A stretch of 63,558 nt of DNA, counting the filler, from Cercozoa sp. M6MM (lineage: Eukaryota; Protista; Endomyxa: Ascetosporea), in the NCBI GenBank assembly GCA_040357565.1. It is 11 parts of 11 records of this genome, joined end to end, with 100 filler letters (N's around TTAATTAATTAA, not from the genome) between each part and the next. Parts side by side here need not be neighbours in the genome. Positions count along the whole stretch, not along the records: positions 36,773 to 52,507 come from JBDODJ010000301.1; positions 52,608 to 58,203 come from JBDODJ010000878.1; 9 more parts are not named here. One strand, given 5' to 3'. Shown here in pieces: positions 38,268 through 53,975 of the stretch; the first letter of the stretch is position 1, and each line of letters starts with the position of its first letter. Below the pieces are notes generated by a model. The model saw only the letters and a program-made list of their open reading frames with translations. It had not been told where the DNA came from and searched no databases. The position numbers were made by a program, and so were the translations under genes.

Positions 38268-39638
38268 ATGGCAAAGAAGTTTAAGCGCGACCAGAAGCGC
38301 GTCGACGAGGCGCTGCGTCAAGAAATCGGTGCCCCACTCTACATCAAAAAGAAAACGAACAGTCTCTTGCGCATATGCATATCTTGTTCCGTTTTGCATT
38401 GTTTTGTTGTGTTCCGATTGTATGATAACGATTGTTGTGGGTTAGAGCGCCGATTGGTGGATGAAGCGCCTCCGCGCGGAAGCAACCAGTTGACGGAGGA
38501 ACTGCAGGCGCGCGTGGATCGCGATGGCGGCAAGGCCGTGCAGGTCAAGCCGGTGTGCTTGCACTTTGTCTGAGATGTACCTTTATGTGTGTGTGTGTGT
38601 GTGGGATCTGGTGGTTTTTGTACAGGAGGAAGCGAGTGCACGTGTGTTCAAACTGGCCACGAACTTCTCGGAACTGCCGCTGAGTCCAGCCACGCAGCAG
38701 GGTCTCAAGGAGGTGTGTGCTTTGTGTCTGTGTGTGTGTCTGTATGTGTGTGTGTGTGGATAGAGATGTAAGTTACTGTGTGTTGCAGTGCAAGTACATT
38801 CGCATGACGGACATCCAACGCTCGTGTCTGCCGCACGCGCTGCGCGGACGCGACGTGCTGGGCGCCGCCAAGACCGGCAGCGGCAAGACGCTCGCCTTTG
38901 TTGTACCCGTGCTAGAGCGACTCTGGCGCGTGCGCTGGTACGCACCCTCTCTACCTATGTCTGTATATTGTACTATCGTAGATACATTTGTTGTATGTAT
39001 TTATCGCTCTACCTGTATTCTATCTACCTATCTATCTATGTATCTATCTACCTATCCATCTATGTATCTATCTATCTATGTATCTATCTATCTATGTGTC
39101 TATCTATCTATGTGTCTATCTATCTATGTATCCATCTATCTGTGTATCCATCTATCTATCTGTGTATCGATCTAATATGTATGTATGTATGTATGTACGG
39201 TAGGAACAAAGCACTCGGCCTAGGAGCACTGATCGTGACGCCGACGCGCGAGCTGGCGCAGCAGGTGTTCCAAGTGCTGCTCGACGTCGGCCGGCTGCAC
39301 AACTTCTCGGCCGCGTGCCTTACAGTAGCCTTATATATACATATAATATGTACATTCATTTATTTACATTATATATATATATATCCCTAATATATGTAGG
39401 GCGGCCGCAGTGCTGAGGACGAGAAGGCGCGCGCCAGCGGGATGAACATTGTAGTGGCTACGCCGGGCCGTCTGCGCATGCACCTGGAGCAGACGCCGAA
39501 CTTTACGCTCGAGTCGCTGCAGGTGCTCGTGCTCGACGAGGCCGACGAGCTGCTAGACTCAAATTTTGAGCTCGACATGGGCGCCATCCTGGACGCCTTG
39601 CCTCGGTGCATTTGCATATCAGTATACCTTAGATATAC

Positions 39639-39675
<37 letters not shown>

Positions 39676-42203
39676 GTGTACAGACACGGCTTTGGCCAGA
39701 TGGTGTCGGAGAATGCCCTGTCGGACGCGCAGCGACAAGTGCTGTACCGACAGACCTTGCTGTTCTCGGCCACACAGACCAAGTCGGTGAAGCGTCTGAC
39801 GCGCATGCACCTGCGGTACAGTAACCCTGCACACCTCCCATGGTAGCCTGTAGACTTGATCCCTTCCTCGTGTACAGCAAGCCAGAGTACATTGCTGTGC
39901 ACCAAGATGCCACGCCAAAGAAACTCACGCAGTTCTACATGACCGTTGAGGGTGCCTTATCTAATATATTATAATATATACATATACATATATATATATA
40001 TATCGATATGTATGTAAATGTACAGCACACCAAAAGTTCGACGTGCTGATGTCCTTCCTCAAGACGCACCAGAAGCAGAAAATCATGATCTTCACCACGA
40101 CGCGCAAGCAGTGCATCTGGTAGACACATATTGCCTTCTATGCATACATGCATATATTTATATATATACATGTATTCATGTATGACAATGAATGTACAGG
40201 CTGCACGAGTCGTTCCGCCGCCTGCAGCCGGGCCTGCCGATCACGCACCTGCACGGCAAGATGCCGCAGGCCAAGCGCAAGGCCATCTACCACCACTTTG
40301 ACGAACTCAAGCGCGGCGCCATCTTCACCACCAACGTCGCTGCTCGTGTATATACATAATATAGCATTTATAATATATATTGATATGTGTACACATGCCC
40401 AGGTTATGTTCTGTGTGATGCCCAGGGTCTTGACTTTCACAAGGTGCGCTGGGTGCTGCAGTTCGACGCACCCGAGGACGTTGACACATACGTGCACCGG
40501 GTCGGTCGTGCTGCTCGTCACAAGAGGTGCGTCGTACTACCCAACCTTACCCTGCACCTACCCCTACCATACACCTACCCCCACCATACACCTACCCTAT
40601 CCAACACCTACCCTATCCAACACCTACCCTATCCAACACCTATCCTACCCTACACCTACTTACCTACACCTACCTTATCTTGGTGCAGTGTGGGCCAGTC
40701 GCTCATGATGCTGCAGCCGAGTGAGAAGGCGCTGCTGCAGCAGCTGAAGAAGCGCGGCATTGCACCGACCGAGGTGCGGCCCAACGAGAAGCAGATGCAG
40801 CGCCGGCCGACGCAGCCGCTGTTCGCGGCGCAGGTGGCCGAGGACAGCGAGTTGCGCTTCCTTGCGCAGAAGGCCTTTGTGTCCTACCTGCGTGCCATCT
40901 TCACAGCGTCCAACAAGGTGCCTCACCCGAGTCTGTGTCCTGTGTAACTGTACTCACTTGTCTGTGCCAGAGTGTGTTCGATGTGCACGCCATCGACACG
41001 GCGGCCCTGGCGCACGCGATGGGTCTGCCGGGCGAGCCGGTGCTCAAGTTCAACAAGGAGGGACATCGCAAGCCGTCCGACCAGCGCGTCAAGAACCAGC
41101 CCTACCTCATGCAGGAGATCCTCAAGGAGGAGCGACGCAAGGCCAAGTTGGGTATATATATATATAAGTATCTATGTATATGTGTGCATTGTGTATATTG
41201 TAGCCAAGAAGGAAAAGAAGAGCAAGAAGGACAAGAAGGACAAGAAAAAGAAGAAGACAAAGAAGACAGAGGAGAGCACTCTGGCCAGCGAGATGATGGC
41301 CAACACTGCCGCTGAGAAGCTCCTGCGTCGACGCAACAACACTGTACTATGCTTGTCCTTCTTACCTTCTCCCCCGTCCTCTGCCCCTGTCCATGTGGCA
41401 CTTTGCAATCTCCGCTCTTTTGCAGGTGCTAGACCCGCAGCGCGAAAAGTACCGAGAAAAGGACGAGGACGATCTCGATGCAGTACCCTGCCCCCCTCTT
41501 TCCTATCGATGTGTGATATACACCACCTTTCCTCCTTTCGCAGGACGATGACTTCATGAAGCTGACTCGTGTTGATCACGATCTAGAAGACACGACGGTT
41601 TACTTACTTTCCCGCACTGCCTTTGCATACATTGATACATGTGTTACCCCCCCCCCCCCTGCAGATCGCCAAGACCAAGCTGCGAAAGAAGTACCGCGAC
41701 ATGGGCACGCACGACATCGAACTCGGCGAGGAGCGCAAAGTCGCGTCCGACGAGCTCGCTTCCTACGCGCAGCGCATGCAGAGCAAGGTGCCACTCCTAC
41801 CTCCCAGACACACATACGAACACGTGTAATTGTGCACAGGTTGCTGAGCACGACGTCGATGACAAGCTGCGCGAGCACGAACGGTTGGTTAAACCTAGGC
41901 CACGAGACTCTTGTTGTGTTGTGCGCGTGAGTATGTGTGTGTGCTATGTGCAGAGTACAAGAGAAACGCCGCAGGTTAAAGGAGAAGCGACGACGCCAGC
42001 GAGACGAGCACGCCGATGATGACGGCGTCACCGTATTCGAACTCGGCAGTGCCTCCGACAACGACGACGACGACAACGTCGATGACACTGGTGCCAGCAG
42101 TGCCGATGATGAGCCAGAGGACGAGCCGCCGCGCAAGAGGCGTAGACTCAAGGATATGGACACGCAGGACCTCGAGGCGATGGCACTCGGCCTGCTGCAG
42201 TAA
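38268..42203 (+). CDS. DDX10: DEAD-box RNA helicase DDX10/DBP4
   Basis: [87 protein letters not shown]-terminus [11 protein letters not shown]. Confidence 0.95.
40540..40680 (+). repeat. Intronic C-rich array including a 16-bp unit CACCTACCCTATCCAA, three copies
   Basis: Directly visible in a DDX10 intron. Confidence 0.85.
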
Positions 42204-42355
42204 CTCAATTTCGTTTCTCCCCGCACCTCATTATCGGTCGGCGTAGTTTATGTACGGTAGTACAGAATGGCAGTACAGAATGGCAGCGGGAAAGTTAGTA
42301 GTATAAATTGCGACGTAAGAAGCGATCCGATCAGACTGCACTAAAATCAATCTAC

Positions 42356-43013
42356 TTAGGCAGCGCCAATGTCCTTCATGGCCTGCAGCATGAGCTCGCC
42401 TGTCGACACAGGCACACATAGACACACACATGCACACACACAGGCACATGCACACAAGAGGGGAAGCTGGGCGTACCAACACGGGCAGGCGACTCAGAGA
42501 CGCGCACGTTGGCCTGCTTGAGCGCCTTGATCTTGTCGGTGGCGGTGCCCTTGCCGCCCGAGATGATGGCACCGGCGTGGCCCATGCGGCGACCAGGCGG
42601 GGCCGTCAGACCGGCGATGAAGCCGACGACGGGCTTGGCGTTGGGGCCGACGTTCTTCTCGGCCAGGAAAGCGGCGGCCTCCTCCTCGGCAGTACCGCCG
42701 ATCTCACCGATCATGATGATGCCCTCGGTCTGCGGATCCACCAGGAAGCGGTCCAGACAGTCGATAAAGTTCGTGCCGTTGAACGGGTCGCCGCCAATGC
42801 CGACGCACGTGCTTTGGCCAAGGCCTAGAGGGGGGGGGAGTAAACTCGCACAGGTTCAGAGAGCGCCGGACATACCGGCACGCGTGGTCTGGTTCACGGC
42901 CTCGTACGTCAACGTACCCGAACGCGACACAATACCTGTACACAAGGGTAGATACCAGGGGTGGGGCAAGGGAGCAGCACAGGGCAGGGGTACCGATCTT
43001 GCCGGGCGTGTGG

Positions 43014-43045
<32 letters not shown>

Positions 43046-43569
43046 GCCGGGCTTGATGATGCCGGGGCAGTTGGGACCGATGAGGCGCGAGTTGCTTTGC
43101 TTGAGCGCGGCCTTGACACGCACCATGTCCTGCTGCGGGATGCCCTCCGTGATGGCCACGATCAGCGGCACCTCAGCCTCGATGGCGTCCATGATGGCAG
43201 CGCCGGCGAACGGCGGCGGCACGTAGATCACCGATGCGTCGGCGTTGGTCTGCTCCTTGGCCTCGCGCACTGTGTTGAACACTGGCAGGCCGAGGTGTTC
43301 CTGGCCGCCCTTGCCGGGCGTGACGCCACCCACCTGTGTGCCCACTCAAGGTAGACAACAGCAGCAACAACACCAGCAACAGTAGCAGCAGAAAAAAAAA
43401 CCATCTGCGTGCCGTACTCGATGGCCTGCTGCGAGTGGAAGGTGCCCTGCTTGCCCGTGAAACCTTGGCAGATCACGCGCGTGTTCTTGTCGACAAACAC
43501 ATGCGCCGTCGACGAGGCACGCCACTGCGCCACCGACTTGCCCACTGCGCGCTGCAAACGTGCGTTCAT
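42356..43569 (-). CDS. SUCLG1: Succinyl-CoA ligase alpha subunit, mitochondrial
   Basis: [73 protein letters not shown] (phospho-His site). Confidence 0.98.
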
Positions 43570-44003
43570 GATGCTAGCTGTCTATTGTCTGCGCCAACAA
43601 TATGCACATAATTCCATCTATCTCAACCCAACCCAATTCATGCGATACAACACACAGAACACACAAACACAACACTCTGCACTCATGCCGAATCTCGCGT
43701 GATGGCACTGCTCATGCCGAACCTCGCTCGACAGCCAACAGGACAGAAAAATTCTGCAAGTTGCGCACACGTCTGAACTATGTGCAGACCTACGAAAATG
43801 CCACGCACACCAACGCGAGACGGCGAACACGGCGCTGCGTGGTCGGTCGCTTGAGCCGGAATAAATGCTCGCCGGACCAGAGGCTCAGTAAACTCGTGCA
43901 AAACGCGAGTTTGTCCGGGTTGAGCCACAGCACCTTGGTCAGCGTTGCATTTGCAAAGCCAGAAAGCAAGCTGGGTCGAGCAGGTGGCTTTACGTTGAAA
44001 CAC

Positions 44004-46443
<2,440 letters not shown>

Positions 46444-46788
46444 CTCTGCCGGAACTTTGCTAAGGCTGGCCGACCGCGGCGTTCAGAATAGAACTAAAGC
46501 TGAGCGCCAAGTCGAGTCGAGTTGCCAGTGCTTTCGTTTAATAGCGTACAGGCGATAGCTTGTGGCTTGATTTCGTATCGTACTAACTAGATTAACCGAT
46601 ACCGCTACTCCGATACATAAGTAATCCTCGCTCGATCGGCGCGACCGGTTGTGTCACCTAACTGTACTTGTTGTTCAGTTGATGTTATTGGCCATCAATG
46701 CAGTCGAAGCACTCCATAAGCTAGTCGGAGCTACAGCTGCAGGCCAGTTAGCGAGTTCGATAGCTAGAGAGATAAATGCCAGCGAGCG

Positions 46789-46792
<4 letters not shown>

Positions 46793-46838
<46 letters not shown>

Positions 46839-46848
46839 NNNNNNNNNN

Positions 46849-46898
<50 letters not shown>

Positions 46899-47175
46899 AC
46901 AGGGCACCTAGCTAGTCCAGGCGCGAGGTACAAGCAAGCCGGTAAGGGAGAGGGACATACCCCGAAAACAGACGACGGTGTAACCCTCCAACCCCCTCCA
47001 CACACGCACACACGCACACGCACACACGCACGCACACACGCACACACACACGCACACACACACACGCACACACACNNNNNNNNNNNNNNNNNNNNNNNNN
47101 NNNNNNNNNNNNNNNNNNNNNNNNNNNNNNNNNNNNNNNNNNNNNNNNNNNNNNNNNNNNNNNNNNNNNNNNNNN

Positions 47176-47218
<43 letters not shown>
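46793..47218. repeat. (AG)n and (CA/CACG)n microsatellites with assembly gaps
   Basis: Directly visible. Confidence 0.95.
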
Positions 47219-47222
<4 letters not shown>

Positions 47223-47229
47223 CAATGTT

Positions 47230-48985
47230 CATACACAGAAGTCCCGCTTCCAAGCCGGAATCAGTTCCTGCATCCAAACCGGTGGAGCAAAAAGGAGGTG
47301 AAAGGTTGAAAGCTGTTTGTGTGTGTATGCGTTTAAGTATGTGTCTGTATGGATACCTTTATGTATATGTCTGTAGGTATATGTGTGTACGTATGAAGGT
47401 GTGTCTGTATGTATGTATGGAAGTATGTATGATGTATGTATGTATGTATGTGTGTATGTAAGTATGTTTCGGTATGGAAACCAGTAACTAAGGTATTGAA
47501 GACGACTAAATAAAGGAAGTAAAACGTCAGTTAGAGTGGCGTCGATGCGAGGGTTGGAAGACATATCCTTGTCGAAAAGGTCGTCGGAAGCTCGAAGGCT
47601 TGTTGATGGCAATTAAAAAAGAACAGCCCAAGCACTGCAGTCAAAGTGCGTGAGCTGTAGAAAGCTTGACCCAAGCTAGGAAGTCAGGTCTAGCAAAACA
47701 AATCCTTCACTATTAACCATACTGGTTCAGATTTGATCGTCCGCGCTGACGAGTAGTCAGATGACAACTTGGCTGGTTGAGAAACGCTATGCCGTAACAA
47801 GTATGCCTGTATACTATACTACATTTAAAAAAATGTGTTCTCTGGACGACCCTGCCAAGGATCTTTTTCCTTCTTTGTGGTATTTCGCTCAATTCAGTGT
47901 CTGTATTCCGTGTCATGAGCAGCGCTCCCCGAGGCATTGGTACATCGGACGGACGTTGGATATCTGCAACAAACCGGTGTGACGAAGAAAATAAAGAAGC
48001 CACAAAAGAACACAAAAACGAGTCAACTCACGCTGCACAGCTGTTTGGAACGGCACGAGCTCAACGAGAGCATCATGCTCTCCACATCTGCAGGTGCGTG
48101 CAGCAGGGGCAAGCGGTGGCAACAAGAACCACGGCTCGATCGACGGCATTGAACAAGTCCACCGGAGACGACAAGTGCGACGTGTGGAGCTCGACGCCGG
48201 CGTGGTGCGCCATGCAGGTAACCCGGGCGAACATAGCCAGACTACGTGCGAGCCGGCTCCCCGTAGCCATGCGCACGACCTGAAAAGCGCAGCAGATATC
48301 GCAAGAGCAGCTGTAAAGTAGAAGCAAAGCGATACCCGAGATGTCGTCAGCGACGCCAGAATCGCCATGAAATACAGCGTCTCCTCGTGTCCTCCGCGCA
48401 TCTGGCCGTGCATGCCACGCGCTGCAGCAATAAGGAAGCGCAGCACACGCGGGTATCGACGCTGGCGCGACTCGCGTAACGACGCCAGCTGTCGCGGAAT
48501 TGAAGTCGCAGCCAACTTCCAGAACAACGCCGGGTCTCCGTCCGTGCCAGCCAAGCCCTCAACTGCGTCGTACTCGCGCGTCACGACTAGCTGACGGAGT
48601 TCTGCAGTGACTGTCTCAAGCCGGGACAGGATAGCACGCGCGGCAGGCGAAACCCGAACACGATTCTGCAGCCGAACGGTGGCAAGAATGACGTCCTTGC
48701 GGTTTGCCCTGTCTTGGTCTTGTCGGTAGTGAAAGGGCACGTTGGAGCTTGTTCGCTACGTCAGTGTCGTGCGTGAGCGTAGTTCTTGCAGCTACAGAAA
48801 AGATATCCAAACATAAATCCCAAAAAAACTCTTGCAAAAAAGGCGAAAACCACTCAACAAAAGCCTGAAACCACTGACAGTGCGCCTCACACAGCTAGTT
48901 GGCAGCACGTGTACCTCGCCTGCCGGCTGTCACTTGGTGCGACAGCATTTCCAGCGTTCTTCCGGCCGCTGCCTCTTGGTGGCAT
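47230..48985 (-). CDS. Hypothetical protein, possibly partly degenerate
   Basis: Starts MPPRGSGRKNAGN, followed by a GT donor and a long open exon at about 48335-48790. I could not resolve the downstream frames unambiguously. Confidence 0.4.
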
Positions 48986-49012
48986 GCTGACACTGAAGGC
49001 TGCTAGGAGCAT

Positions 49013-49745
49013 CTACCAGGTCACGGCGGCCCATACCATCACCTTCTTGCCGCCACGACAGCGCTCCAAGTCGGGCACATTCTGCTGCGCTTTGCGCCAC
49101 ACAAACTCGCGAAACTTGTCGCCTCCACCTACGTGCAATGGTAAACTGCGATAGAAAAAAACCACCCGACCGGGTTTTTGGTCGATTCTACCGGGTTTGG
49201 CTGGTTTCTACCCGGTTTTAGCCGGTTGCGACCGGGTTGGCTCTGTTTGCCGGTTGGATCCGGGCTGAGTGGTCACTCTCACTCAGCCGTTTTTTGGGGG
49301 CGATCACGAAAATACAGCAACCCGGTCGCGAATGGAGTTGTGTTTTTGGGTCTCGGGCGCTCAAAAAAGTCACTTTATTTTGAAACCTCGTGAACTAAAT
49401 GCGTATTGGCGGATGCCAACTCAACTTTATAACAATAACACACAGTGTTGCCGGAGAACAAGCTGTATTAGCAAAGATTTAACGGCGCCGGTAGTGACCG
49501 GTTATTTTTTTGTTTATCCAGTGATAAACGCGCCAAGTAACGTACTCTTTGTTTATCACTAGAAACTAGACGTAGACCCTATAAGAGGGGGCTAGTAGCG
49601 ATTTTCGCCTTGTTACACTCGCAAAAGATAGTCTTCTCAAGGCTCGGCGCTCCGTTAATTAAGACCGCGTTGTCCACGGGCGGTACTTACAAAAGGGATG
49701 GGTTCCTGCCGTGCGACGCCGTGGCGGCTTGACTCCGGCTCGGAC
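49013..49745 (-). mobile_element. Decayed IS630-Tc1-mariner transposase remnant, interrupted by a ~450-bp repeat-rich insert
   Basis: 49130 to 49013 reads GDKFREFVWRKAQQNVPDLERCRGGKKVMVWAAVTW* (the VWR..GG.VMVWAA segment following the first catalytic Asp). About 49745 to 49615 reads RAGVKP..KYRP..*LTERRALRRLSFA (the LT..RL.FA linker). Confidence 0.55.
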
Positions 49746-49811
49746 TACGTACGTACGAATGATGCTTCGTTTGAGTAGAATGTCGCGTACTGTGCTAATC
49801 GACGGTCCGAG

Positions 49812-50618
49812 TCACTTCGAAGTATTCTGTTGACTCCGGATAAACGCCTCGACAGCCGACAAGTGAGCCGCCAGGAAGTCTTCATCGCTCGTGTCCCCTT
49901 GCTCGGGCACATGCAAGAACCCAACCTTCTCGATTGCAACGCTTCCAGACCCTGAGTCACTGTGTTCGTCATCGCGACGAGCGTAGGAGAGAAGAGTCCA
50001 CAACAACGCGTTGCAAAGGTAGGCACCCGCATCGCGGGACAGCACGAGACCCTCAATTTCGCCGTCAAACGTGCAAGTCCCGTAGCGTACAGTTTCGCTC
50101 GGGCACACCGTGTTGAGCCCAACATCGTTCTTAAAGCCATCTTCGTCTCTTCCCTCGCACTTGTTGACAGCTTGCGTTTCGTATTTAACGTTTGAGGAGG
50201 GACATTCGCCCATTCCCAGGCACACACGACTGCAGATGTTTGTATGATTGCGTTGTCCAACAGAAATCTAAATTATATTTATTAACAGGGGGCAGAAACA
50301 GTACGGCTGGTACTGACGCACAAGCCTGTCTACCTTCAACGCCAGGTCTTTCCATACCTTCGAAAAAGCGGCAAAAAACGCAACATTCTCATTTGAGAAG
50401 ATCGATCCTCGCAGTAGAATTCTCACCACTGGAAGCGCTGTGTGAACGATTTGAAACTGGTCACTTTGAACGTGACTCGCTAATCTGTGTCAAGTCAAGG
50501 CAACTTAGGTTGTGAAGGTATCTTCTATTTTAGAAATTTACGTTGAGCTGCCGTTTTTTTGGCGGTTCCGAAATGGCAGGAACGAAATGAGGAGGCAAAC
50601 CGGCTTTTCGGCAGACAT
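49812..50618 (-). CDS. Pyroglutamyl-peptidase I (peptidase C15), 4 exons
   Basis: LLISFLPF..N, LPVVW, LGMG, YETQAVN (catalytic Glu), SRDAGAYLCN (catalytic Cys), GFLHVP (catalytic His). Confidence 0.9.
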
Positions 50619-51258
50619 GGCAGGTACTGTTCCTCGGCACGCACACAGTACAGTAAATTCAGACAAACCATTTAGTCTTGGTAGATTAAAACCGGTACTT
50701 TTTTATGTCCCTCCGTTGTTGTGCGCAATATTAGGGCACTAGGACACTTTTGCACATTTGTACACAACTCAGCCATTGGTTGTGCGAGTGTTGTTGGGTT
50801 CATTGAATTTTTGTACCGAGAGTGCCGGTAATCGGTCAAACATCGTCTAATAGCCTCTGAGTAGCATTTCGGGAGTTTGAATATAATTAACAGTGTCTGG
50901 GACCTTTAGATTCGTTTACGGAGCAGTGATCGCACAAACGGAGCACAGCGGCGCATCTTTGGGTGCTAGGAGGTGCACCGTGCGCGTGCATGGCACGAAA
51001 CGCGGCATGTCGGTGTCAATATAACCTGGGACAGAGCATTTCAGGAAGCCAGTGTAGTTGCGCCGTTTGGCGGTGCCACACATCTGCACATGATGAAGCC
51101 GACTCCGCTTCGGTGGGTAAATTTACAGTGCGGCAGCAAGCTTGGAATGAGACGTATCATCTTGTCAACGCAAACTAACGTAAACAGTCCGGGCGTCGTG
51201 AAGTTCTTTCTCTTTAAAAAAAAAACTGCTCAACTTGCAGCACGCGTGGGCGCTAGCG

Positions 51259-52294
51259 CTAGTCTTGCACGAGTGGCGGCGGTGGTGGTTGCTTTGGCTG
51301 TTCCAGCTGCACAGCAGCACCCGCATATCAGACATACTGGAAGGAGACATAGTCATACTGTACTAAATTTTAGCTGAGTGAAGGATACGCTCGTGATGGG
51401 TGGTGGCGGCGGTCGTAGCGTTGCTGTTACCGTTTCAGCAGGTGTCGTTTCAGCAGGTGTCGTTTCAGCAGGTTTTGTCGTTTCAGCAGGTGTCGTTTCA
51501 GCAGGTGCTGTTTCTGCAGTTATTGTTGTTATTGCTGTAGTTGTTTCTGTTGCTGTAGTTGTTTCTGTTGCTGTAGTAGGTGTTGTGGCTGTAGTATTTG
51601 TTGTAGCTGTTGGAGGTGTAGTTGTTGTCAACACTGGTGGGGGCGGTGGTGTCATTGTCTGCCCGGCCTGGGCCGTGTCCTCACCGTCCTCACCGTCATC
51701 AACAACGGTGGCAGTGTCGGCAGTATCGATCGCTTGCATGTCAGCAGACACTGGTGACTCAGGTACTACATTGACAAGGTACAGACACATATACACACAG
51801 ACACCAGGGGAGTTACCTTGACCAGCCTGCTCTCTGACAGTAACAATCGCATCGGTCTTCTCGCGCGACACTGGTGACACTGGCTTGCTGGGCACTGGCT
51901 TTCGGCCCTAGCAGTACACACATAGACATATCATAAACATACATACAGAGACATAGACAAACAGATATAGAGACATAGACATATAGATACAGAGAAATAT
52001 AGGGGGGGGGGTAAGATAGATGACAAGTGTCTACCTTGCGCGGCAACACGTCGTAGCTGAGCGCGAACAGCGCATCTTCGTCCAACACGTGCCGCTCGTT
52101 CTGCTGCGCCGCAATCACTGCGTCCACCTGCGCACTCGCCTCTGCCACACCGGGAGGGGGTAGGGGGAAAGGGCAGGGGGAAAGAGGGTAGCATAGGGGT
52201 AATCAGGGCCTACCCAGAGTAGAGGCGGGATACGGCAGCGTTCGCAACTGCCTGACACCACTCAAAACGGCCCACTGTTTGAGCCACTTGGTCA
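51259..52294 (-). CDS. RasGEF (CDC25-like) C-terminus followed by a Thr/Pro-rich tail; 5' truncated
   Basis: TKWLKQWAVLSGVRQLRTLPY and LDEDALFALSYDVLPR resemble the last two CDC25-domain helices. The tail has 15-bp repeats encoding PAETT. Confidence 0.6.
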
Positions 52295-52326
52295 CTGCAC
52301 ACACACACACACACACACATATATAT

Positions 52327-52367
<41 letters not shown>

Positions 52368-52607
52368 AATGTGCAGACATAAATACACATACAGACATAC
52401 ATATTTAAAAAAAATATATATATATGCACACATACATACATACATACATACATACCTACCTACATACATACTGACATACATACATACATACATACATACA
52501 TACATACNNNNNNNNNNNNNNNNNNNNNNNNNNNNNNNNNNNNNNNNNNNNTTAATTAATTAANNNNNNNNNNNNNNNNNNNNNNNNNNNNNNNNNNNNN
52601 NNNNNNN

Positions 52608-53531
52608 GCCGGGCGCCAAGCAGCACGCGTCGTGTGACCACTCACGGTGCGTAAAGAAACCGTCCTGCTGCGGCGGCTGTTTCAGCACGACCTGTCGCGT
52701 CAGTGGCCGCTTCTGATCGCACGTGCTGTCGCCAATGCGCTCGATCCGGAAGGCGCAAAACCGTTTCGTGAAATCGCCGTCGTCGGAAAACTCAAGTTTC
52801 GCAAAATCCGCTCTGCGAAACACACAAGACACTCAAAAAACAAAACACAAATCAAGTTGAGATGATCACTCGGAATTAATGTCGGCAGAGTGGCGATATG
52901 TGGGCCCCTCTAAAACCACTCGGTCCACAATATCACTCACACAGTTATGCGGCCGCCATGGGCCCTGATCAAGAATCCAAAATTCTGATCAACTACTCCA
53001 CTTGAGAGGATACTGTATCATCTTCTTCAGTTATGCTCAGATGGGGTACCTGGTGTGCCAAAGTGTAGGCCGTAACGCGCACGTTGGCGGGGATCGCGAT
53101 GGCACCTACCCAGCATTCCTACCCAACAGGCGTTATGCCTCAAGTGAGGTCCGAGGCAAGGGGGTGCTGAGGTACATTGGGCTCGACCCAGTCTTTGACC
53201 AGCGGCAAGCGACGAGAGCCGAGTTCGGGACGAGACATCTCCTGAACGTTCAAGCATCTGCACACGGGTGAAGAAATCATTTGCAAATGATTCAATCGAC
53301 AATCTGGTCTCACGTGTTGTGCGCCAATTCGCAAGCATCCGCGCGGAAGACAAGTGCCTCGTCAGAGACACGCATCTCATGCCCGAACGGCTGCCGGAAC
53401 ACCACCTCTGTCACCTCCTGTTGTTGCCACAGATCCGTAGACACAGTGGCAGTAGAGGCTTTGCTCAGAAAGGACATGGGTACGCCAGTGACGACGTGCA
53501 CGCCGACCAGCACACACAAAACGCGCCACAT
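52608..53531 (-). CDS. Hypothetical secreted Cys-containing protein, 3' truncated
   Basis: Signal peptide MWRVLCVLVGVHVVTG, followed by several GT-AG-bounded exons. Confidence 0.55.
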
Positions 53532-53975
53532 GTCTTGTCGTTTGGGCGATCGGCACTAAATTTCTCTCTAAACCTCCTTTCCAGTGTCTATGCTACAAAT
53601 ATGCTTTAATCAAGCAACTGGCACTGCTCAACGGAGCAATCTGCTTTTCGAAGAAATTAAGGCGGCGAAGCTAGCAGAATGGGATGGTTTGAGTGCCTTT
53701 TTGCACATTTTTGTCGTCTACAAAGCATTGACTATCGATTACTCAATCGAAGAAGCTTCATTGGTTGAGCTGTAGCGAGAGTGACCACTTGTTTATTTTT
53801 GGCTCTCCCCTCCTCGGATACAGTAGCGCCTTTTGGAAGGTGTCTCGCTCCACCGTGCCTGCCCGACACGTGTGGGTGTGCGTGAGCGATTCGTAGTCCG
53901 GATCTGAGTGCATCGGCTTGAAGGCTCGTTTTTTTGTCTTGCCTCGATCGTTTTCGTGGCCGAGCGGCGTCTCAA

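Noticed and set aside
42430-43354. Antisense ORFs over SUCLG1 and other GC-rich exons
   Set aside because: Expected shadow ORFs from high GC at third codon positions, with no independent motifs.
49560-49600. Helitron 3' end (hairpin plus CTAG)
   Set aside because: The stem is only about 4 bp and I found no matching 5' end, which is too weak to call.
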